A stretch of DNA of 43,070 nucleotides. Origin: Candidatus Rifleibacteriota bacterium. Lineage in GTDB: Bacteria > Muiribacteriota > Ozemobacteria > Ozemobacterales > Ozemobacteraceae. The translations under genes were made by a program, and so were the position numbers. The stretch spans positions 1-43,070 of the forward strand of contig JBNJGH010000020.1 in assembly GCA_051747585.1 (NCBI GenBank), read 5' to 3'. The notes beneath the pieces are model-generated. The model did not search any database and had not been told where the DNA came from. It was given only the letters and a program-made list of their open reading frames with translations. This document shows, piece after piece, positions 36,442 to 43,070 of this stretch; the stretch's first letter is position 1, and each line of letters begins with the position of its first letter.

Positions 36442-37122
36442 ATGAAAAAAAATAATACTCTGTTATTGACTCCGCTGGTTAAAGAACGCGATATTTTAAT
36501 AAGTTCTTTAATCAGTGAGGGTTATAAAAAAAAGGATTTGACTGCGGGCAAAATAAAGGTCTGGCGTTTTGAAGAACTAAATCTTTTTATAGCCGCAGGG
36601 GGGCATGGTAAGGCTCAATTTGCTTTACAAACTCAATATTTGTTCGACCGACTCGATAGAATAGATTTACTGATTTGTGCCGGGGCTGCTGGTGCTATAT
36701 CAAACACAGTGGTTGCCAGGGATATAGTTGTCGCAACTTCAACCATAGAGCACGACTATAGCTTGAAGTTTATCAAGAAAAAACTACCTGAGTTCAAAGT
36801 GGCGCAAAAATATTTGCCAAAGCTTGAAAAAATTGCCCTGAAATCAAAGGCATATAAACTTCATTTCGCTGCAATTGCCAGCGGCGATGAAGATATAATA
36901 GAAACTGACCGCGCCAACGAAATAAGACTAAAGACCGGTGCTGTCGCAGTTGCCTGGGAAGGCGCCGGCGCTGCCAGAACTGCCCGTTTTAACAATGTCG
37001 ATTATCTTGAAATTCGTGGCATAACAGATTCAGCCGACAAATCGGCAAAGATCGATTTCGAAACTAACCTGCAAATTGCCATGCATCAGGTTGCTGAGCT
37101 TATTGTAAATTTTCTTGCTTAA
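36442..37122 (+). CDS. MTA/SAH nucleosidase-like (PNP/UDP phosphorylase family)
   Basis: GGHGK, GAAGA, IASGDEDI, AWEGAG, IRGITD. Confidence 0.85.
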   Translation: MKKNNTLLLTPLVKERDILISSLISEGYKKKDLTAGKIKVWRFEELNLFIAAGGHGKAQFALQTQYLFDRLDRIDLLICAGAAGAISNTVVARDIVVATSTIEHDYSLKFIKKKLPEFKVAQKYLPKLEKIALKSKAYKLHFAAIASGDEDIIETDRANEIRLKTGAVAVAWEGAGAARTARFNNVDYLEIRGITDSADKSAKIDFETNLQIAMHQVAELIVNFLA

Positions 37123-37178
37123 ATGGTTGCAAAAGAACCTGTAAACCAGGCAAAAACCGGCTCTGTTCTTAAAAAGTA

Positions 37179-38696
37179 TTATCTTACTTCGAGTTTCTCA
37201 CTCCAGATTAATCTTCCGCCGGCTCTAACACAGATTAAAAGTTCTGAACCGGAATCAAAATTTGCTTTAAAATCAATTAATCTGCCTTTAACAAATTCAC
37301 AAGTCTGACGGTATTTTCCATTGACCACAAGGTAGCCTTGTCCGGAATAACTGATCTGGCCTATTTTTTCCCACTCCGGGTCATTTTCAATATGATGCGA
37401 AATCTCGGCATTGATCAAATAAGTGTTCCCATCATGATGAGAAACATCGGCTTTCATTTTAAGGGTTGGAAAAAACAGGTCCGGTAATTTGGAGCAATTA
37501 TAAACTGCCAGAGGAATTAAAACCTTTGCCTGCCCTTCTGCCATTGATTTTAGAACATTCAGTTTTTTGGATTTCAGTTTCTTAATTTTAACTACCGGTA
37601 AAGGAAATAATGAACCGGTTTCTTTTGCCATCGGAACCCATCCTGCATCAGCAAAATATTTGAAATAAACTTCCTTTACTTTCTTGAGCCTTGAAAGCTG
37701 TGGTTTGGGATACGGCCTTTTGTGATTTCTTGGAAAAATCCATTTTTTGTAATCAAAAATAGTGTCATTGCTAAAGAAGTTTTTATTCGTAAATTTAGCC
37801 AAATTTACCATTCTATCTTTTAGAGATAATTCTTCGCTATCAGAAAAGTCTCCAGTTGGTTTGAAGTTCTTGTTTTTCCAGGTATCCTTTATGATTTTGT
37901 ATATCATTTTACCGTTTACGGTTTGCTCAATCGGTTCTTGAACAGAATGAGAATCTGCTCTTACGTGTGCTGGTTGCGCCATGTCTGCCATTAGATGCAT
38001 GGTTTCGCCAAGACACCTGAAAGCCTTGGCAAAAGCTTTCTCACGAGACAATCCATCCATTAAATCTGAATTATTCTCCATGGCAGCTTTATAAATTTTT
38101 AATCCCTTAACCCATGAATGTTCATTATCTGGATGGTTAAAACCCCAGGTAATGGCGTCAATTTTGGGACGGATTACTTTGGGTTGCAATTTCAATTTTC
38201 TTGGTTTGTCACCGAGGGCTTTATTAATATTCCAGTCGTCTGCTCTATAATTAAGAGATTTAAAAAAATCTGCCTCTGATAAAAAATGGGACTTCTTGGG
38301 TTTTCGAAACCATCTTCGTAACCAGGTTAAATATGAAGGTTCATAGTATGGATCGTAAAAGTGCCTGAAACCCATCTCAAATGAAGGAACATCAGCGTCA
38401 TGTCCTCCTCTGGCCAGCCAACCTGTAAAATCTGTTTTATGCAAATATTTTCCTGAAGCTCTTTCAGAAGTCTTAGCCTTTCTAAAAGTGTAACCGGAAA
38501 AAGCCATTTTATAATCAACAATAGCTCTTGTGTATTTATCTCCATAGCACTCTGATTTAGATCTAACAATGAATAATTGCCCCGCCAATCTATTAATAGC
38601 AGGATGAGCATCAACACAATTCCAGGCACGCACTTGCTGAATTGAAATTGCGCATACAAATACCGTTAATACAATTTTTAGAATTTTATGGCTCAT
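37179..38696 (-). CDS. Secreted zinc-dependent phospholipase C / P1-nuclease-fold protein
   Basis: Signal cleavage VRA|W gives an N-terminal Trp followed by His. DAD, RHFYDP and LGETMHLMADMAQPAH supply Zn ligands. Confidence 0.75.
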   Translation of the reverse strand: MSHKILKIVLTVFVCAISIQQVRAWNCVDAHPAINRLAGQLFIVRSKSECYGDKYTRAIVDYKMAFSGYTFRKAKTSERASGKYLHKTDFTGWLARGGHDADVPSFEMGFRHFYDPYYEPSYLTWLRRWFRKPKKSHFLSEADFFKSLNYRADDWNINKALGDKPRKLKLQPKVIRPKIDAITWGFNHPDNEHSWVKGLKIYKAAMENNSDLMDGLSREKAFAKAFRCLGETMHLMADMAQPAHVRADSHSVQEPIEQTVNGKMIYKIIKDTWKNKNFKPTGDFSDSEELSLKDRMVNLAKFTNKNFFSNDTIFDYKKWIFPRNHKRPYPKPQLSRLKKVKEVYFKYFADAGWVPMAKETGSLFPLPVVKIKKLKSKKLNVLKSMAEGQAKVLIPLAVYNCSKLPDLFFPTLKMKADVSHHDGNTYLINAEISHHIENDPEWEKIGQISYSGQGYLVVNGKYRQTCEFVKGRLIDFKANFDSGSELLICVRAGGRLIWSEKLEVR

Positions 38697-38923
38697 ATTA
38701 TATTAATGATAATGATTTTTTGTCTTTACGGAAGTAAGACCCAACGAAACTTTCTTTAAGGCTAGGTGTGAGGCAATTTTTTCTGAAACGAGTTGATAGT
38801 CGCTGACCGAGAATAGCTAACTCAGAATAGTAAAATTGACCAGTATTACCTTTTGTGATAGAAATAAAGTTCTGTTGTACCCTTTAGTTAGAAAAGAAAT
38901 TCTTTGAGGAGCTTGTAATCTAT

Positions 38924-40588
38924 ATGAAAAGAGCTGGATTAGTTATTTTAGCTGTTCTTTTTTTTATGTCTGCCGGCATGGCTTATGCTAAAGACTCTGG
39001 TGTCAGGTTTTCCAACTTGAGTGGAGAAGTTCTGGTCAGACCCGATGAAGATATCCTTGGCTGGGAATTTGCTCAGCTGGATATGATTCTTGATGTAATG
39101 GATCATGTTCAAACTAAACATGATTCAACTGCGATTATGACTTTGAGCGATTTGACTACTTTTGTCATGAAGCCCGAGAGTGAAATCGTTCTTAACACCG
39201 AGTCAGAGAAAGAAAACAAAATTAAATTGCTGGCAGGTAAAGTCTGGGTAAATGTTAAAAAAATGATAAAAGATGGCTCTATGGATGTAGAAATGAGCCA
39301 GGCAGTTGCAGGTATCAAGGGTACCAATATAACCTGTAGCTCTAACAAAGATGGCTCAGAAAATAGAGTAAAAGTTCTTCGAGGTCAGGCCAGGGTAATG
39401 ATACGTGAAACTCGCCAGGAAATTGCTCTTGCAATGGGTGAAGAGCTTGTCATTAAAAAGGGTGTTAAGCCCGAAAAGAATAAAATTGATGTCGAAGAGG
39501 CTCAAAAAGAATGGGATGACGCCACTTCCAAACTTGGTGAATCCATTCAGCTTAACGAAGTGCCTGATATCCTTCAGAAAATAAACGAATCAGAAGCCCA
39601 GGAAATAGGAAGACTTAAAGAAGAATTTGAAAAATTCATTAATCTCGATAAAGTCGAGGCAGAAGAAGTTGCCGAACTTCAGAGAGATGCAGAAAGATTT
39701 GTGGGTGTAGTTCTTGAAGACACGCTCATCATTAACTCTATTAAAAAGAAAATAGATGATGCACTTGCGCAACCAGGTATTTCTGAAACCGAACGAGCAA
39801 AAATGCAGCAGCTTTTGCGTCAAACAAACTCTGTATCTGCCAACATACAGACAAATCGCGAAGAAGCATTAAAAATAATGAGATATCAGTTTGAATTAAG
39901 TGCTTTATATGAAGATATCAGCGCTGAAGTTGAAATGGTAATGAATGATGTTGACTCAATAATCTCAGAAGTAGAAAATATTCAAACTGAAATTTCAAAT
40001 AACCCCAGTGGCAGAAGCCAGGACTGGTTTATAGAATCGCAGGAAATACTTCAAGATAAAATGGCTGAACTGGAAGAAGCCCTGGAAAAAGCTCAGATTC
40101 TGGTAGAAAAAAATCCCGAAGACCAGAGTGCACAGAATCTGGTTAAGCAAATTACAGATCAGCAGTCTAACATTGCAGCAATGATCAAAGAACTTGCAAT
40201 TGTAGAGATCGATCCGGCAACTATTATTGAAATGCAGCAAATCGATGATCTTCTTTCCGATCAGATGGTTGCTCTTCAATCTGAAATTACCGCCTACAAC
40301 AGTATTGATAGCGCTACCACTGATATAGCTGAAAGGCGATTGCAATCTTCACTGAGAATCATGGACAATTACGCCAGAGTTAGAAGATACTATCTCAGTG
40401 CTCAAAGGCTTTATGACAGCACAATGCGCTCTATGCAAAGTGCTAATTATAAAACCAGCGAGCAGGAAGAAATTGAAAATATCTGGCAGAACGTCAGTAA
40501 TCGCTTTCAACAGCTTGGCATAGTAGCTGATGAACTGCAGTCAAATATCGAATCGCTCGAGAGTCAGCTGCGTCATTTCCTTGATTAA
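38924..40588 (+). CDS. Secreted FecR-domain protein with long helical/coiled-coil C-terminus
   Basis: Signal peptide. DHVQT..S.A, IKLLAGKVW, AVAGIKGT, VKVLRG FecR pattern. Acidic heptad-rich tail. Confidence 0.8.
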   Translation: MKRAGLVILAVLFFMSAGMAYAKDSGVRFSNLSGEVLVRPDEDILGWEFAQLDMILDVMDHVQTKHDSTAIMTLSDLTTFVMKPESEIVLNTESEKENKIKLLAGKVWVNVKKMIKDGSMDVEMSQAVAGIKGTNITCSSNKDGSENRVKVLRGQARVMIRETRQEIALAMGEELVIKKGVKPEKNKIDVEEAQKEWDDATSKLGESIQLNEVPDILQKINESEAQEIGRLKEEFEKFINLDKVEAEEVAELQRDAERFVGVVLEDTLIINSIKKKIDDALAQPGISETERAKMQQLLRQTNSVSANIQTNREEALKIMRYQFELSALYEDISAEVEMVMNDVDSIISEVENIQTEISNNPSGRSQDWFIESQEILQDKMAELEEALEKAQILVEKNPEDQSAQNLVKQITDQQSNIAAMIKELAIVEIDPATIIEMQQIDDLLSDQMVALQSEITAYNSIDSATTDIAERRLQSSLRIMDNYARVRRYYLSAQRLYDSTMRSMQSANYKTSEQEEIENIWQNVSNRFQQLGIVADELQSNIESLESQLRHFLD

Positions 40589-40607
40589 TTAAGGCGGGAG
40601 GATAGAA

Positions 40608-42569
40608 ATGAAAAAATCAACGATTATAATATTTTTACTAATCATGGCTCTGTTAGGTCAGCAGTCTTTGCTTGCTCTGTCGGTTTCCAGTCGAAGAGCA
40701 ATAGATGCATTCAGAAGATATGAACCTGATTTCGCAAACTCCTTAAGGCGTCTTCAGGAGCTTGATCGTAAAATTGATAACCAGAATATCGAGCCTGGTT
40801 CATCTAAATACGTGCGGATTATGGATGAAGCCGGTGATAAAATGGACTATGTTCAGCGTCGCTATGAACTGATGGAGGACCTTTTCACCACAGTATCGGG
40901 CGATTATCCCGCAGACAGGGCCGAGCTTTTTGAGGCTTTTTCCAGAATCGACGATATGTACCGTGAAACCCGAAATTTTTATTTATTGAGGTTTGAAGAA
41001 CGGGAAAATACAAAAAGAGGTTCTGCTACCGGCAGCATGGGTCAGTCTTCAACTTCAGATGGCTCAGGCTATGGTCAGATGCAAACTACCCAAAAGACTC
41101 AACCTGCTCAGCAAGAATACAAAAAAGTAGAAGTAAGCGGTGCGCTCGAACTTAATTTCAGAAACAGAAACGAAATTTATCGAACCCAGACAAAAGCCAC
41201 CCCTTTTACTACTACCGAAACAGCACTGCCAAACAATCTCGGTCAGGCAGAGCTTTCTTTGAACTATAAATTCGATGACAAACGTGAACTCTATGTTGAA
41301 GACCGTTTTCTTCAGCGAGAAAGAAATGAACCGGTTCACGAAAACTATTTGACGGTCTCTTATCTCTACAAAGAAAGCAGAGAGCGGGCCTGGACCCTTA
41401 AAAACACCCTGCATCACTCATGGTATCCTGATAACGGGGTAAAAAATTATCGCGATAACCTTTCCGAAATCTTCTACAATGAACGATGGAGCCAGAGAGA
41501 ACGGCTGGCCAATCTGGGCTATCAAAGTCGGGTTTACCCAAACTATACCAGATCTGATTATCACCAGTTCAACCTGTCTGACCAGGAAACCTGGTTTGTC
41601 AACAATGGCAACATATTTGCCGAGTTGAAGGGTAACTGGCGCCGATATCGTAATGTAAACAATCTTGATTACGATAACTTCAATCTTTATACCGAGTATA
41701 ATAAAACTTATAGCGGTAACAAGGCAGATTTAAGCGTTTCAAACACTTATGATAGAAGAATATACGATCGAGAATCGGTAAATCTTTATCGTGCGAGTTA
41801 TTTCGATAACTATTTCAGAGTCAATTATGACCTGCCGATTCATGACAAACTTTCATACTTGTTTGAAGGTCAGTATCAGAAAAGAAACTATCTTGCCGAT
41901 GAACCAAGAGGCTATGCTCAGATGAATCTTTTCACTGCCGCCCGCTTTGTGTTTCCTCGTAGAGCCCGTGGACAGCTTGATTATCGTTACATTTACAACG
42001 ATGAAAATACCAGATTTCGCGCCCATAAAAATCATAAATTCCATGGTATGTGGCGCCGAAGAGTAAATGATCGTTTTAAAATTAGAATAGACGATACCTT
42101 TCATATCAGAACTTCAGTTCAGGGCGAAGTTATGGATTTCAAAGAAAATCTCTTCAATGCCAAGTTTTCATGGAAGCTGCGCAATGATATGTCATTGTCG
42201 TGGAATAACGCATATCTTGCCAGAATTTATGATCAGTTGATTTATCGTGATTATAAATATCTGCAGTCAGGTCTTGAGCTTTCTTATTCTTCAGGTCGAA
42301 AATATGACTGGCAGATAGAGCAAAGTTGGAAAAAATTCTCATTTCGCAATGGTAACAACGTCAGTACTGGCTGGGAATCCGAAGTGCAGCCTCTTACAGA
42401 AGTTAGATACAACGTGGCTCTTAATCAGGATTTGAAACTCAGACTTAGAGCATCATGGGAAAAATCTTACTATCGATCTTTCGACACCAGATCGCAGGAA
42501 CTGCTCTGGGATTTTACAAGACCCATGACTATTACAGAATTCTATGGCGGTCTTGAATACGTATTCTGA
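40608..42569 (+). CDS. Outer-membrane beta-barrel protein with N-terminal helical domain
   Basis: Signal peptide, helical first ~130 aa, then alternating aromatic strands. C-terminal GLEYVF beta-signal. Confidence 0.75.
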   Translation: MKKSTIIIFLLIMALLGQQSLLALSVSSRRAIDAFRRYEPDFANSLRRLQELDRKIDNQNIEPGSSKYVRIMDEAGDKMDYVQRRYELMEDLFTTVSGDYPADRAELFEAFSRIDDMYRETRNFYLLRFEERENTKRGSATGSMGQSSTSDGSGYGQMQTTQKTQPAQQEYKKVEVSGALELNFRNRNEIYRTQTKATPFTTTETALPNNLGQAELSLNYKFDDKRELYVEDRFLQRERNEPVHENYLTVSYLYKESRERAWTLKNTLHHSWYPDNGVKNYRDNLSEIFYNERWSQRERLANLGYQSRVYPNYTRSDYHQFNLSDQETWFVNNGNIFAELKGNWRRYRNVNNLDYDNFNLYTEYNKTYSGNKADLSVSNTYDRRIYDRESVNLYRASYFDNYFRVNYDLPIHDKLSYLFEGQYQKRNYLADEPRGYAQMNLFTAARFVFPRRARGQLDYRYIYNDENTRFRAHKNHKFHGMWRRRVNDRFKIRIDDTFHIRTSVQGEVMDFKENLFNAKFSWKLRNDMSLSWNNAYLARIYDQLIYRDYKYLQSGLELSYSSGRKYDWQIEQSWKKFSFRNGNNVSTGWESEVQPLTEVRYNVALNQDLKLRLRASWEKSYYRSFDTRSQELLWDFTRPMTITEFYGGLEYVF

Positions 42570-42588
42570 TAGAAAAGAGAGGACAAAC

Positions 42589-43070
42589 ATGCAAAAAATA
42601 AAACGAAATTTCCTGGTTTTTATAGTTCTTGTTTCAGCCACTATTCTTGGATGCATGGGAGGCGGGGGCTCTCCCGCGCCTGTTAGCAAAGATGTTGATG
42701 GTATAAATGCTACTATAAGCGGGTTTATGTCATCTATCGCAGCTAAAGATTCAAACACTGCAGGTAAATATCTGGCACAAACATCAGAAGAAAATTATGA
42801 TTCTTCTGTTTATACCCTTATGGTCAGTGATTTTGGCGAAGACATTTATGATCCGGATGATAATAATGAGTATCCTTTCACTGTTTATGCCAGTGATATA
42901 GAACAGCCTACAGAAAGTGTCGCCAGCGTAAAAGCAAGTTATGAGATGAGTAATGGTGAACCTCTGGTAATTATTTTTTATCTGGTTAAAGAAAGTGGTG
43001 TGTGGTATATCGAAACCATAGAAACTTTAGACCACCACTCTTATGAAACAGGTAGTTTTGTAACTGCCAA
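42589..43070 (+). CDS. Lipoprotein, 3'-truncated by the window end
   Basis: ATG after GAGAGGA. MQKIKRNFLVFIVLVSATILG|C lipobox. Open to the end of the window. NTF2-like LVKESGVWYI. Confidence 0.75.
   Translation, partial: MQKIKRNFLVFIVLVSATILGCMGGGGSPAPVSKDVDGINATISGFMSSIAAKDSNTAGKYLAQTSEENYDSSVYTLMVSDFGEDIYDPDDNNEYPFTVYASDIEQPTESVASVKASYEMSNGEPLVIIFYLVKESGVWYIETIETLDHHSYETGSFVTA

Overview
Chromosomal window from an AT-rich bacterium. It is probably diderm, since it encodes an outer-membrane-type beta-barrel ending in Phe; the gene content suggests Candidatus Riflebacteria, but that is an unverified impression. Left part: ruvC, a small membrane ORF, a large hypothetical protein, a PmtA-like methyltransferase, two prepilin-type genes, alaS, ruvX, a DUF6941-like gene and a HEAT-repeat gene. 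The centre (11233-34176, minus strand) is a ~23 kb fla/che operon: fliK-flgD-TIGR02530-flgE-flbD-fliL-fliM-fliY-cheY-fliO-fliP-fliQ-fliR-flhB-flhA-[FlhG-like]-flhG-flhF-cheA-[HPt-P2-CheW], preceded by a sigma-28-like promoter. Right part: an M23 peptidase, an MTA/SAH nucleosidase, a secreted Zn-phospholipase C/P1-nuclease-family protein, and a FecR / beta-barrel / lipoprotein gene run. Four observations stand out. (1) A ~200-nt seven-hairpin structured leader sits between the TIGR02530 gene and flgE. (2) FlhG appears split: a Walker-A-less paralog carries the DQAxxLR FlhF-activator helix that the ATPase-competent FlhG lacks. (3) A kinase-less HPt-P2-CheW fusion was duplicated from cheA. (4) The 918-aa FlgE has a Leptospira-type lysinoalanine cross-link signature. 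No rRNA, tRNA, CRISPR array or transposase was seen. All family calls come from motif recognition by eye, without database searches.
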